DNA of 64,000 nucleotides from an uncultured Acidobacteriota bacterium (GTDB lineage Bacteria; Acidobacteriota; Thermoanaerobaculia; Gp7-AA8), in the NCBI GenBank assembly GCA_963741955.1, contig CAVUKB010000010.1:352001-416000 (forward strand). Reading direction: 5' to 3'. Shown here one piece after another: positions 47,253-58,452 of the stretch. Numbering within the stretch: position 1 is the first letter of the stretch; each line of letters begins with the position of its first letter. The translations under genes and the position numbers were made by a program. The notes under the pieces were generated by a model that made no database searches, was not told the origin of the DNA, and saw only the letters and a list, made by a program, of their open reading frames with translations.

Positions 47253-50156
47253 ATGAAGCTCCACAAAACAGTTGTCGCAGCACTTGCCCTCCTGTTCGTC
47301 GCGACGCTCGCGTTCGGACAGGGAGCGACGACATCGGTCCTGAGCGGAACGGTGACGAACGATGGCACCGCGCTTCCGGGCGTGACCGTGACGATCGCGT
47401 CGCCGGCGCTGCAGGGCGTCAGAACCGCGGTGACGAACGAGAATGGCGGATACAACTTTCCGGCGATCCCGCCGGGACTGTACACCGTCACGTTCGAGAT
47501 GGACGGAATGCAGACCATCGAGAAGAAGAGCCAGATCGGTCTCGCGCAGACCGCGAAGGTCGACGCGGCGATGAAACTCTCGACGGTCGCCGAGGCCATC
47601 ACGGTCACCGCGAGCGCGCCGGCGGTCCTCGAAACACAGGAAGTCGAGTCGAACATCAGCGCGAAGCTGGTGGAAGACCTTCCTCTGGCGCGTACGCTGG
47701 TGGGAACGGTGTCGATCGCTCCGGGCGTGACTCAGAATGGCCCGAACGGCGGCACGGTGATCTCCGGCGCACCCTCCTTCGACAGCCTCTGGGTGGTGAA
47801 CGGCGCGGTGGTCAACGAGAATCTCCGCGGACAGCCACACGACCTCTTCATCGAGGACGCGCTCCAGGAGACGACGGTTCTCAACGGCGCCATCTCCGCC
47901 GAGTACGGCCGCTTCACCGGCGGCGTGGTGACGGCGATCTCCAAGTCCGGAGGCAACGATTTCTCCGGATCGTTCCGCGACAGTTTCACCAATCCGTCGT
48001 GGACGGCGAAGACACCGTTGAACGAGCCCGATCCGATCGACTCGCTCAACGAAGTCTACGAGGCGACTTTCGGCGGCCGGATCATCCGGGACCGGCTCTG
48101 GTTCTTCACTGCCGGCCGATATTTCGACCGCTCGACCCAGCAGTTCTTCACCAACAGCACCATCCCGTTCACCAACGGCCGCAAGCAGCAGCGTCTGGAA
48201 GGAAAGCTGACCGGCCAGATCACCCCGTCTCACAGCGTCGTGGTTTCGGCCCTCGACATCACCGACAAAGAGACCAACAACTGTTTCGGAAGCTGCTACG
48301 AGCCTTCCGCGCTCGACAAATCGCGTGAGCTCCCCAACAGCTTCCTGACCGTTCACTACAACGGCATCTTCGCCAGCAACCTTCTGCTCGAAGGCGCCTA
48401 TTCGAAGAAGGACTTCTCGTTCAAGGGCTCCGGCGGCGATTTCCGCGGCCGGGACAACGGAACGAACGTCTACAGCTACTTCGATGGCGCATACCTCGGA
48501 GCGCCGACCTTCTGCGGCGTCTGCGGGGATGAAGAGCGCAACAACGAAAACTGGCAGGCGAAGGCGACGTACTACCTCTCCGCCGGTTCGTTCGGCACCC
48601 ACAACATCGTGGCCGGCTACGACGACTGGTCCGAGACCATCAAGTCGAACAATTACCAGTCCGGCAGCGACTTCACGATCTGGGAGTTCACCTCTCCGAC
48701 CCGCAACGCGGACGGCTCGGTCTTCCCGACCTTCGAGACCGGCGACTTCATCATCTGGTGGCCGATTCTGGAGGCGAGCAAGGGAACCGATTTCAAGACC
48801 CGCTCCACATTCGTGAACGACAAGTGGGATCTGAACAGCAAGATGAGCTTCAACCTCGGGCTCCGCTACGACGCGAACAAAGGTTACGACGGTTCGGGTC
48901 AGCTGCGGGCCAACGATTCGAAGTTCAGCCCGCGCCTCGGCGCCATCTACGACGTGAACGGGAACGGAAAGCTCCGGTTCAACGTCAGCTACTCGAAGTA
49001 CGTCTCCAAGATCGCGGACGGAAACGTCGGTGACGCAGCATCTCCGGCCGGAAGCCCGTCGTATCTCTACTGGTATTACGCCGGTCCGACCATCAGCGGA
49101 CTGCCGACCACGCAGGCGCTCGCGCAGCTCTTCTCGTGGTTCGACAGCGTGGGTGGAGTGAACAACACCGACTTCCTGCTCGGCGGCGGCAGCAACGGAA
49201 TTCAGACCCAGATCCCGAACAGCCTCAAGTCTCCCGGCGTCGACGAGTACACCGCAGGCGTCGGAAGCCAGCTCGGGAACGGATTCCTCCGCCTCGACTA
49301 CATCCACCGGAAGTGGAACGACTTCTACACCACCCGTACCGACCAGTCGACCGGACAGGCGTTCGATCCTCTGGCCAACGGCTACGTCGACGTCGCCATC
49401 GTCCAGAACAGCGACGAGTTCACCCGGAAGTACGAAGCCTTCCAGCTCCAGGGCAATTACCGGATCATGCGGCCCCTGACGCTCGGCGGCAACTACACCT
49501 GGTCGAAGCTTCGCGGGAACCTCGAAGGTGAGACCAGTGGCTCCGGACCCGTTGCGGGAACCGGCAGCGACTACTATCCGGAGTACACCGCGTTCGCGCG
49601 GAACAACCCCATCGGCTACCTCGCCGAAGACCAGCGTCACAAGGCCCGCGTCTGGGTGACGTACGATCTCCCGACTCCGGCGGGCGACTTCAACTTCAGC
49701 GCGCTCGAGCGGTACGACTCGGGAACCCCGTACTCGGCAGTCGGCGGCATCAACGACGCGAGCATCATCGGCGACTACGGCTACAACACCCCGCCGAGCA
49801 ACATCAATTACTACTTCAGCGACCGCGGCGCGTTCCGCTGGGACAACGTGACCGCGACCGATCTGTCGGTCAACTACACGTTCCCGATCAGGACGGTGCA
49901 GCTCTTCCTGCAGGGCGAGTTGCTCAACGCGTTCGACGAGAACGCGCAGATCGCCGGCGATACGACGGTCCTGACGGCACGCAACAGCAACTGCCATCAG
50001 GCCGACGGCTCCCGCTGCGCGGCGTTCAATCCGTTCACCGACACGCCGGTTCTCGGCGTGAATTACCAGTACGGTTCGAACTTCGGGAAGGCGCTCAACG
50101 TGGGCGACTACCAGCTGCCACGAACCTACCGTTTCTCGGCGGGCGTCCGCTTCTGA
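47253..50156 (+). CDS. TonB-dependent receptor (Oar-like, N-terminal carboxypeptidase-regulatory-like domain), paralog 1
   Basis: GGGAGG RBS, signal peptide, LPGVTVTI, ISAEYGRFTGGVV, KSGGN, C-terminal F. Confidence 0.9.
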   Translation: MKLHKTVVAALALLFVATLAFGQGATTSVLSGTVTNDGTALPGVTVTIASPALQGVRTAVTNENGGYNFPAIPPGLYTVTFEMDGMQTIEKKSQIGLAQTAKVDAAMKLSTVAEAITVTASAPAVLETQEVESNISAKLVEDLPLARTLVGTVSIAPGVTQNGPNGGTVISGAPSFDSLWVVNGAVVNENLRGQPHDLFIEDALQETTVLNGAISAEYGRFTGGVVTAISKSGGNDFSGSFRDSFTNPSWTAKTPLNEPDPIDSLNEVYEATFGGRIIRDRLWFFTAGRYFDRSTQQFFTNSTIPFTNGRKQQRLEGKLTGQITPSHSVVVSALDITDKETNNCFGSCYEPSALDKSRELPNSFLTVHYNGIFASNLLLEGAYSKKDFSFKGSGGDFRGRDNGTNVYSYFDGAYLGAPTFCGVCGDEERNNENWQAKATYYLSAGSFGTHNIVAGYDDWSETIKSNNYQSGSDFTIWEFTSPTRNADGSVFPTFETGDFIIWWPILEASKGTDFKTRSTFVNDKWDLNSKMSFNLGLRYDANKGYDGSGQLRANDSKFSPRLGAIYDVNGNGKLRFNVSYSKYVSKIADGNVGDAASPAGSPSYLYWYYAGPTISGLPTTQALAQLFSWFDSVGGVNNTDFLLGGGSNGIQTQIPNSLKSPGVDEYTAGVGSQLGNGFLRLDYIHRKWNDFYTTRTDQSTGQAFDPLANGYVDVAIVQNSDEFTRKYEAFQLQGNYRIMRPLTLGGNYTWSKLRGNLEGETSGSGPVAGTGSDYYPEYTAFARNNPIGYLAEDQRHKARVWVTYDLPTPAGDFNFSALERYDSGTPYSAVGGINDASIIGDYGYNTPPSNINYYFSDRGAFRWDNVTATDLSVNYTFPIRTVQLFLQGELLNAFDENAQIAGDTTVLTARNSNCHQADGSRCAAFNPFTDTPVLGVNYQYGSNFGKALNVGDYQLPRTYRFSAGVRF

Positions 50157-50183
50157 CGGAACGCTCCCAACCGAGGATTCTCG

Positions 50184-50211
50184 AGCCCCGGCCGGAAGGC
50201 CGGGGCTTTTT
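50184..50211 (+). terminator. Rho-independent terminator
   Basis: AGCCCCGGCC-GGAA-GGCCGGGGCT followed by Ts. Confidence 0.9.
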
Positions 50212-50458
50212 CGTTCCGGGAGACGAGGAGAGACCCCGGAGTTGTCGCGCAGCCGAGGGGTAACCCGGGACAGTCCGGGGTAAGGCGCACCGTCCGGCGC
50301 TGAGGAGAGGCGCGGCCTCGGGTCGCCCGGGACTTCGAAACGGTTTCGTCGCAAAAAGTTCAGCGAACCGTTCGCGGAATCCGGAATCCTGAAGATCGGC
50401 CCGGACGGAGGATCCGGGCGATCGGGCCAACCTCTTTTCGGAGAGAGACTTCGCCGAT

Positions 50459-50489
50459 TTGACACAAGTGGTAACGAATTTGTAATAAT
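50459..50489 (+). promoter_or_regulatory. Sigma70-type promoter of receptor paralog 2
   Basis: TTGACA at 50459, then TGTAAT/TAATAAT 16-18 nt downstream. Confidence 0.7.
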
Positions 50490-50532
50490 GCCGTCCGAAT
50501 CGTAGTCCGATTCCTAATTGACAGGGGGTTTT

Positions 50533-53418
50533 ATGAAAGCACCGCGCAGTCTGGTTTTGATCGCGGTTCTGCTGCTCGCGGCTTCGAGTCTGTTCGCGCA
50601 GGGAACCACATCGACCCTGACCGGTACGGTGACGAATGAGGGACAGCCGCTTCCGGGCGTGACTGTCACCATCTCGTCTCCGGCCCTTCAGGGCACCCGA
50701 TCCTCCGTGACGAATGTCAACGGCGGTTATGTTTTCCCGGCCATCCCGCCGGGCGATTACACGGTCACCTTCGAGATGGAAGGGATGCAGACCGTGAGCA
50801 AGACGCAGCACATCGGACTCGCTCAGAGCGGCTCCGTGAATGCCGACCTGAAACTCTCGAAGGTCGCCGAGGCAATCACGGTCACCGCGAGCGCGCCGGC
50901 AGTGCTCGAAACGCAGGAAGTCCAGTCGAACATCAATTCGAACCTGGTCGACGAGCTTCCGATGGGCCGTACCCTGAACGCCACGACCCTTCTCGCTCCC
51001 GGCACCACCAACACCGGGCCGAACAACGGCGTGGTCATCTCCGGTGCGTACTCGTACGACAACCTGTTCCTGGTGAACGGTGCGGTCACGAACGAGAACG
51101 TCCGCGGACAGTCGCACAACCTCTTCATCGAGGACGCGATTCAGGAGACCACCGTCATGACCGGTGCGATCTCGGCCGAGTACGGCCGGTTCACCGGGGG
51201 CGTGGTCAGCGCGATCACCAAGTCGGGCGGCAACGAGTTCCACGGATCCTTCCGCGACTCGATCACCAACCCGAAGTGGACCGCGAAGACTCCGTACGCA
51301 AGTGAGGCCGATCACCTCGACACGATGAACGACGTCTACGAGGCGACCCTCGGCGGACGCATCATCCGCGATCGTCTCTGGTTCTTCACCGCCGGCCGTT
51401 ACTACAAGACCGACAACCAGGCGCAGCTCGGAATGAGCGACGTCTCCTACACCGTCGGCGACAAAGAGCGGCGCGTCGAAGCAAAGCTCACCGGACAGAT
51501 CACTCCGAAGCACACCCTCGTCGGCTCCTACCTCGACATCAGTCGGGACCAGACGAACAACTGCTTCGTCTACTGTCTCGAGCTCACCAACCTCGACGTT
51601 TCCCGTTCGCTGCCGAACGACTTCAAAGTCGTCCAGTACAACGGCATCCTCACCAACAGCCTCCTTCTCGAGGCCAACTACTCCCAGAAGCACTTCACGT
51701 TCAAAGGCTCCGGCGGAGACTTCCGTGACGAAGTTCACGGCACGGCCGGATACGACGGCATCGTGACGGGCGGCTTCTTCGCGGCCCCGGTCTTCTGCGG
51801 CGTCTGCGATCCCGAGAAGCGCGACAACGAAGACTACGGCGCGAAGCTCAGCTACTACCTCTCGAGCCGGGCGCTCGGCAATCACAACATCGTTGCCGGT
51901 TACGACAACTTCTCCGAGTCGCGTCTGTCGAACAATTACCAGTCCGGCAGCAACTACTTCGTCAACATCTACACGATTCCCTGGACCCGCGGAGCGAACG
52001 GCGCCATGCAGTGGGCCTACGTCCCCGGCGACACGCTGGAATACTGGCCGGTTCTCGAGGCTTCCCTCGGATCCGACCTGACCACCGAATCGCTGTACGC
52101 GAACGACAAGTGGGACCTCAACAGCAACTTCAGCTTCAACCTCGGCGTGCGCTACGACCGGAACAACGCGGTCGACAGCGCAGGTCACACCATCGCCGAC
52201 GACTCGAACATCAGCCCGCGCGTCGGTGCCATCTACGACCTCAAGGGCAACGGCAAATATCGCGTCAACGCGAGCTACAGCCGCTACACCTCCAAGGTTG
52301 CAGAGACGATCGGCAACTCGACTTCGGTTGCAGGCCGTCCGGCATACTTCGAGTGGGATTACACCGGTGATCCGATCAACCTCAATGCCGACGGAACTCC
52401 GGGAAGCATGACCACCGAACAAGTGATGACCCAGATCTTCAACTGGTTCCACAGCATCGGCGGCCTCGACGCAACCCCGAACTACGTTTCGATTCCGGGC
52501 GCCACGTCACGGTTCAACGGGCAGCTTCAGACCCCGTACGTCGACGAGTACCAGGTCGGTTTCGGAACGCAGATCGGAACCAACGGGTTCGCCCGCATCG
52601 ACTACATCAACCGGAACTGGAACCGCTTCTACACCAACGTCCGCGACCTCCAGACCGGCCAGACGCCGGACGGCAACGACATGTCGTGGATCGAGAACAC
52701 CGACTTCTTCGACCGGAAGTACGAAGCCTTTCAGCTGCAGACGGCGTACCGCGCCATCCAGCGCCTGAACCTCGGCCTCAACTACACCTACTCGAAGACT
52801 CGCGGCAACTCGAACGGTGAGACTTCCGGCAGCGGCCCGGTCACCGACACCCTCCAGTACCCCGAGTACTGGCAGGAGTCGTGGAACAACCCGACCGGCT
52901 ACCTCAATACCGACCAGCGCCACAAGCTGCGCGCCTGGGCGGCATACGACCTGCCGACCGCGTTCGGCAACTTCAACTTCTCCGTGCTCGAGCGCTTCGA
53001 CTCCGGCTCGCCCTACTCTCTGGTCGGAACCATTCCGATCCGCGCGTACGTGACGAACCCCGGATACTCCACGCCCCCGAGCTATGAGAACTACTACTTC
53101 TCCGGCCGCGGTGCCGAGCGTTGGGACAACATCACATCGACCGACCTCGGGCTCAACTACGCGCTGCCGATCCACGGCGTCCAGCTCTTCCTCCAGGGCG
53201 AGCTGATCAACGCCTTCAACGAGAGCGCGCAGCTCGGTGGCGACACCACGATCCTGACTGCCCGCAACACGAGCAGCCTCCAGACGTTCAATCCCTTCAC
53301 CGAGACTCCGGTGGAAGGTGTGAACTGGAGGAAGGGTGCGAACTTCGGCAACGCGCTGGGACCGGGAGACTTCCAGACCCCGCGTGAGTACCGCTTCTCG
53401 GCAGGCGTCCGCTTCTGA
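50533..53418 (+). CDS. TonB-dependent receptor (Oar-like), paralog 2
   Basis: Collinear with paralog 1 (AEAITVTASAPAVLETQEV, SAEYGRFTGG, YRFSAGVRF). Confidence 0.9.
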   Translation: MKAPRSLVLIAVLLLAASSLFAQGTTSTLTGTVTNEGQPLPGVTVTISSPALQGTRSSVTNVNGGYVFPAIPPGDYTVTFEMEGMQTVSKTQHIGLAQSGSVNADLKLSKVAEAITVTASAPAVLETQEVQSNINSNLVDELPMGRTLNATTLLAPGTTNTGPNNGVVISGAYSYDNLFLVNGAVTNENVRGQSHNLFIEDAIQETTVMTGAISAEYGRFTGGVVSAITKSGGNEFHGSFRDSITNPKWTAKTPYASEADHLDTMNDVYEATLGGRIIRDRLWFFTAGRYYKTDNQAQLGMSDVSYTVGDKERRVEAKLTGQITPKHTLVGSYLDISRDQTNNCFVYCLELTNLDVSRSLPNDFKVVQYNGILTNSLLLEANYSQKHFTFKGSGGDFRDEVHGTAGYDGIVTGGFFAAPVFCGVCDPEKRDNEDYGAKLSYYLSSRALGNHNIVAGYDNFSESRLSNNYQSGSNYFVNIYTIPWTRGANGAMQWAYVPGDTLEYWPVLEASLGSDLTTESLYANDKWDLNSNFSFNLGVRYDRNNAVDSAGHTIADDSNISPRVGAIYDLKGNGKYRVNASYSRYTSKVAETIGNSTSVAGRPAYFEWDYTGDPINLNADGTPGSMTTEQVMTQIFNWFHSIGGLDATPNYVSIPGATSRFNGQLQTPYVDEYQVGFGTQIGTNGFARIDYINRNWNRFYTNVRDLQTGQTPDGNDMSWIENTDFFDRKYEAFQLQTAYRAIQRLNLGLNYTYSKTRGNSNGETSGSGPVTDTLQYPEYWQESWNNPTGYLNTDQRHKLRAWAAYDLPTAFGNFNFSVLERFDSGSPYSLVGTIPIRAYVTNPGYSTPPSYENYYFSGRGAERWDNITSTDLGLNYALPIHGVQLFLQGELINAFNESAQLGGDTTILTARNTSSLQTFNPFTETPVEGVNWRKGANFGNALGPGDFQTPREYRFSAGVRF

Positions 53419-53444
53419 TCGGACTCTTCTGAGAGACGTTTCAG

Positions 53445-53471
53445 AGCCCCGGCTTCGGCCGGGGCTTTTTT
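53445..53471 (+). terminator. Rho-independent terminator
   Basis: AGCCCCGGC-TTCG-GCCGGGGCT followed by Ts. Confidence 0.9.
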
Positions 53472-53582
53472 CTTTGGGCCTCGATCCCGAATAATCCGGC
53501 CGGAACCGTCGTTAGCGACCGACAGATCCGGCGCCCCGAAACCGCGCACCGCGCGCCGGAGAATCGGCCTACGGAACCAGCT

Positions 53583-55718
53583 TTGCGACGACTCGTCCTT
53601 CTTCTCGCTCTCCTCTCGCTCCTCGCGTCGTGCGCGCGTGAACGGCAAAGCGTTCCATCGCCCGCTGCAGCAGCGATCGCTCCGGGCGCTCCGGTCATCC
53701 TCATCTCCGTCGACACTCTCCGCGCGGATCACCTCCCCGCATACGGGTATCGCGGCGTCGCCACTCCCGCCATCGATGCGCTCCGTCGTGATGCGATTCT
53801 CTTCGAAAACGCGTATTCGCAGGTCCCGCTCACGCTTCCCTCTCACAGCTCGATCCTCAGCGGACTTCTCCCCGCGGACGATGGCGTGCGCGATAATCTC
53901 GGGTACCGATTCGACGCCTCGAAGCACCCTACGATCCCTTCGCTCCTCCACGAGGAGGGTTACGCAACGGGCGCCGCAGTCTCTGCGTATGTTCTTCGAG
54001 GCGAGACCGGTCTCGCGCCGGCATTCGATTTCTACGACTCGAACATCGAGGTCCGTCGCGACGAGGCGCTCGGGAGACTGCAGCGACCTGGTACGGAGAC
54101 GATCGCCATCGCGAAAGAGTGGATCGGCGCGAGGGAATCGAAGCCGTTCTTCTTCTTTCTCCATCTCTTCGAGCCGCACACGCCGTACGATCCTCCCGAG
54201 CCGTTCCGCACGAAGTACGCCGCGAATCCGTACGACGGGGAGATCGCTGCGGTCGATTCCGAGCTCGCTGATTTTCTCGGCTGGCTGAGATCCGAAGGAA
54301 TTTACGACCGCGCGATCATCGTGTTCCTCTCGGACCACGGCGAAGGACTCGGAGACCACGGCGAAGAGGAACACGGGATCTTCCTCTATCGCGAAGCGAT
54401 CCACGTACCGCTGATGCTGAAGCTCCCCGGCCGAAAGAGGGCGGGAGAGACGGTGGCGGCGCCGGTCGCGTTGATCGATGTCCTCCCGACCCTCGCTCAG
54501 CTGACCGGATTCTCCCCGCCGGCGGACGCGAAAGGAGTCTCGCTTCTCGCCAGTGCGAACGCCGCTCCGGGATCGCAACGGACGATCTTCAGCGAGACGA
54601 TGTACCCGCGGCTGCACCTCGGTTGGAGCGAGCTGCGATCGCTCGTCTCGGAGCACCTCCACTTCATCGACGCCCCTTCTCCGGAGCTTTACGACGTCGT
54701 CTCCGATCCGCACGAGAAGAGCAACATCGCCTCTGAGCAGCGCCGGCAGCTGGCGACTCTGAAGACCGCGATTGCTCCATTCCGGCGGTCTCTGGAAACA
54801 CCGCAACAGATCGACCCGGAAGAAGCGAAGAAGCTCGCTGCGCTCGGCTACCTCGGCTCCTCTTCCACTCCTGAGGGACCGCTGCCGGATCCGAAAGAAC
54901 GGATCGGCGACCTGGCGGTGATGGACGAGGCCTGGACGCTCGCGAAGAGCGGCCATTCCGACACGGCGATCCGGAAATTCGAATCGTTTCTCCAGAAAAA
55001 TCCGGGAGTCATGGATGCGTGGATCGAGCTGGCAGGTCTCTGCGAACGCTCCGGCAGACTCGGGGAAGCAGCTTCGAGCTACAGGCGCGCGATCGCACTC
55101 TCTCCCGCATCCTCTGCCGGGCCGGCACTCTCTCTCGGCTGGGTGTACCTCCAGATGGGAGAGCTCGATCAGGCCGCGACGCACGCGTCGATCGGCGTGG
55201 CGAGCGACCCGCACGACGCGGAGCTGCTCCTGGGGCGGATCGCTCTCGCGCGGAGAGATCCGGCGGATGCCGCGAAGCACGCCGACGCAGCGATGAGCGC
55301 CCGGCCGACGCGGGTCCGCGCCATGGTGCTGAAGGCCCAGGCACTCACCCTCGAGCGGCGCTTCCCCGAGGCGCTGACGCTTCTCGACGATGCGTCGGCC
55401 CGCGTGCGCAACGGAGAGTCCGAATCGATTCCGCTGCTGGAATTCGCGCGCGGAGACCTCCTCGCCAGGATGGGCCGCCTCGCCGAAGCGGAAACGGCAT
55501 TCCGTGAGGAGATGAAGAGCTATCCGCACGACCGGGAGGCGTGGATCCGTCTCGCCGCTCTGTACGTTCTCGCGGGTCGCAATGAGGAGGCCGATCAACT
55601 CGCGGTACAGATGGTGAAGGCGAACCCCGACCCGTCGAGCGCGAAGATGGCGGCAGACGCGTTTTCGCAGCTCGGCGCATCGGATCTCGCCGCGAAATGG
55701 CGGGCGCGCGCGAAGTGA
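53583..55718 (+). CDS. Sulfatase-like (alkaline phosphatase superfamily) lipoprotein with C-terminal TPRs, paralog 1
   Basis: Lipobox LLASC; ISVDTLRADH, PLTLPSH, HLFEPH, SDHGEGL.DHGE.EHG, LAALGY, TPRs. Confidence 0.88.
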   Translation: MRRLVLLLALLSLLASCARERQSVPSPAAAAIAPGAPVILISVDTLRADHLPAYGYRGVATPAIDALRRDAILFENAYSQVPLTLPSHSSILSGLLPADDGVRDNLGYRFDASKHPTIPSLLHEEGYATGAAVSAYVLRGETGLAPAFDFYDSNIEVRRDEALGRLQRPGTETIAIAKEWIGARESKPFFFFLHLFEPHTPYDPPEPFRTKYAANPYDGEIAAVDSELADFLGWLRSEGIYDRAIIVFLSDHGEGLGDHGEEEHGIFLYREAIHVPLMLKLPGRKRAGETVAAPVALIDVLPTLAQLTGFSPPADAKGVSLLASANAAPGSQRTIFSETMYPRLHLGWSELRSLVSEHLHFIDAPSPELYDVVSDPHEKSNIASEQRRQLATLKTAIAPFRRSLETPQQIDPEEAKKLAALGYLGSSSTPEGPLPDPKERIGDLAVMDEAWTLAKSGHSDTAIRKFESFLQKNPGVMDAWIELAGLCERSGRLGEAASSYRRAIALSPASSAGPALSLGWVYLQMGELDQAATHASIGVASDPHDAELLLGRIALARRDPADAAKHADAAMSARPTRVRAMVLKAQALTLERRFPEALTLLDDASARVRNGESESIPLLEFARGDLLARMGRLAEAETAFREEMKSYPHDREAWIRLAALYVLAGRNEEADQLAVQMVKANPDPSSAKMAADAFSQLGASDLAAKWRARAK

Positions 55719-55763
55719 AGAATTCCACCGCCGCATAGCGGCGCCCTCGGCGCTATCTCCCTC

Positions 55764-56145
55764 TGGGGTGCGGATCCCGCCCTGCGGGATCCGTCGCGAG
55801 AATCGTGTTGTACGCGAAGAAGACCGTGATTTTGGGTGAGCGCGAAGCGTCAGCGCACGCCGACCGGCTGCGCTTCTGCCGCAGATGTGGTCTCGATCCG
55901 CGCCGAACGCGATGAGCGCGGCGGATCAGAGGATCCGCCCCTCGGCGTCGTCTCCCGCTGGGGTGTTGTACGCGAAGAAGACCGTGATTTTGGGTGAGCG
56001 CGAAGCGTCAGCGCACGTCGACCGGCTGCGCTTCTGCCGCAGATGTGGTTTCGATCCGCGCCGAACGCGATGAGCGCGGCGGATCAGAGGATCCGCCCCT
56101 CGGCGTCGTCTCCCGCTGGGGTGTTGTCCGCCCAGAAGACCGTAA
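55764..56145. repeat. Family B REPIN-like element with 158-bp tandem repeats
   Basis: GTGTTGT.CGC..AGAAGACCGT starts at 55805, 55963 and 56121; shares GCGGCGGATCAGAGGATCCGC with 15.8-16.3 kb. Confidence 0.85.
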
Positions 56146-56290
56146 CTATGAGTAAGCGCGGAGAATCCGGACGGAGTGGCCGGACCTCGGTCGCCGGTGT
56201 CGTCTCGCCGCATGAGAACGATCACGATTTCGTGACCGGAACCCCCGAATTTTGCACCCTCCGGAGCCGTTGCTGCGGCCCGGAGACCTC

Positions 56291-58418
56291 ATGCGTCGAT
56301 TCGTTTTCGCTCTGCTCGCTCTAGTCCTCGTCGCCTCCGGCTGCAGACGGCCTGACCAGCGCCTGCCGGACTCCGAGCGCGCCCCCGTGATTCTCATCTC
56401 CATTGATACTCTTCGATCGGATCATCTTCCCGCATACGGCTACGCCGGGGTGGCCACGCCGGCCATCGACGCTCTGCGCAGAGATGGCGTCCTGTTCGAA
56501 CGGGCGTATTCGCACGTTCCCCTCACCCTGCCGTCACACGCCGCGATCTTCACCGGGCTCGTTCCTCCGGACAATGGAGTGCGCAACAACATCGGATACC
56601 GCCTCGACGGCACGAAGCACGAGACGATGGCGGCCGCCTTCAGAGCGGCGGGCTACGCGACCGGCGGTGCGGTGTCGGCGTACGTCCTCCGCAGCTCGAC
56701 GGGAATCGCGAGCGGCTTCGACCAGTACGATGATGCGATCGCGAATCGTGCCGGAGAGCCGATCGGCGGCTTGAGCCGGCCGGGTGACGTCACGGAAAAG
56801 ATCGCGCAGAGCTGGATCGAGACCCACGACGCGAAGCCTTTCTTCTATTTCTTCCACATCTACGAACCGCATTTCCCGTATGAGCCTCCGGAACCCTACC
56901 GGACGAAATACGCGAGCTCGCCCTACGACGGTGAGATTGCCGCCAGCGATGCAATCGTCGGGAGGCTTCTCGATCGCCTCCGGGAGAAGGGGCTCTACGA
57001 TCGGGCGGTCATCGTTCTTCTGTCCGACCACGGCGAAGGGTTGAACGATCACGGTGAGCAGGAACACGGCGTGTTCCTCTATCGCGAGGATCTCCAGGTT
57101 CCTCTGATCATCAAGCTTCCCGAAAACGCTCGTGCGGGTTCCACGATCTCCGATCCGGCCGAGCTCATCGACGTCTTTCCCACACTCGCAGCGCTCACCG
57201 GGATCGCTGCGCCCGGAAGGCTGGAAGGCGCCGACCTCTTCTCTCTCCACGCCTCCGCCGTGCCGCGCGACATCTACTCGGAGAGTCTCTTTCCGCGAAT
57301 CCATCTCGGCTGGAGCCCGCTTCAGTCGGTGATTGCAGGCGAGCATCACTACATCGAGGCCCCGCGGCCGGAGCTCTACGACCTGCGCCAGGATCCGCAA
57401 GAGAAAGTCAACATCCTCTCGCAGCAGCGTCGCATCTACGCCTCGCTGAAGAAAGAGGCCGAACGTCATCCGCTGGAGATCGAGCCCTCGTCCGCGGTCT
57501 CTCCGGAGGAGGCTGCGAAGCTCGCCGCTCTCGGCTACCTCGGGGGGTCGAGCAGCGCGAAGGACGGACCTCTCCCCGATCCGAAGGACCACATGGGAGA
57601 GATCAACCTGATGATCGATGCCGGGAGACTCGAAGCGAACGGTCGCCTCGCCGAAGCGATCACCGAGTACCGGAAGATCCTCGCCTTGAATCCGCGGTTC
57701 ACCGACGCGTGGAACAAACTGGGGACGCTGTACGAGAAGAGCGGAGATCTCGAAGAGTCGGCGGCGGCGTACCGGAAGGCGATCGAGCTGATGCCGTCAC
57801 TGGCGGACGAGTACGGCCTGTCGCTGGGAGAGGTTCTCCTGCGCATGGGGCGGTACGAGGAAGCGCGGAAACATGCGGAGCTCGCGATGGCGTCGAGCCC
57901 CGCGGCGGCTCACTCCCTGCTGGGACGCATCGCGCTCGGTCAGGGTGATCTCGGTACCGCCGAGCGCGAAGCGAATGCGGCGATCGACGATCCGAACTTC
58001 CGCCTCGGCGCGATGGTCCTCCTCGCGCAGTGCCGGATCAAGGAGGGGCGGCTGCAGGAAGCGATGCAGCTGCTGGAACGTGAAGAATCCGAGGTGAAGG
58101 CCCGCGGGGTCGAAGCCGGTGGAGCGTTCGGCGTTCCTGCGCGGGCACATCCTGGCGACCAGGGGAGATCCCGCCGGCGCGGAGAAGGCATTCCAGGAAG
58201 AGATCCGGAGATTTCCGCACAATCTGCAGGCGTTCACCACTCTCGCGGCGATCTACCGGATCGAGGGAAGAGCGGACGACGCCGACCGGGTGCTGGACGG
58301 GATGATCGGGGCAAACCCGAATCCGCAGGCATGCGAGGCCGCTGCGTCGAGTCTCGATGCGTTGGACGATCATGCGGATGCGGAGATCTGGCGGAAGCGC
58401 GCCGCGCAGTACCGTTGA
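56291..58418 (+). CDS. Sulfatase-like/TPR lipoprotein, paralog 2; apparent frameshift near 58112
   Basis: Lipobox VASGC, same motifs as paralog 1; the last TPRs (FLRGHILA...AFQEEIRRFP) lie in a shifted frame ending at 58418. Confidence 0.85.
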
Positions 58419-58452
58419 AACGAGTGCCTCCCGCCGATCCCCGAGCCGGATC

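Noticed and set aside
47145-52452. Long minus-strand ORFs (1106 aa, 785 aa)
   Set aside because: Antisense shadows of the codon-biased TonB receptor genes; no recognisable domains
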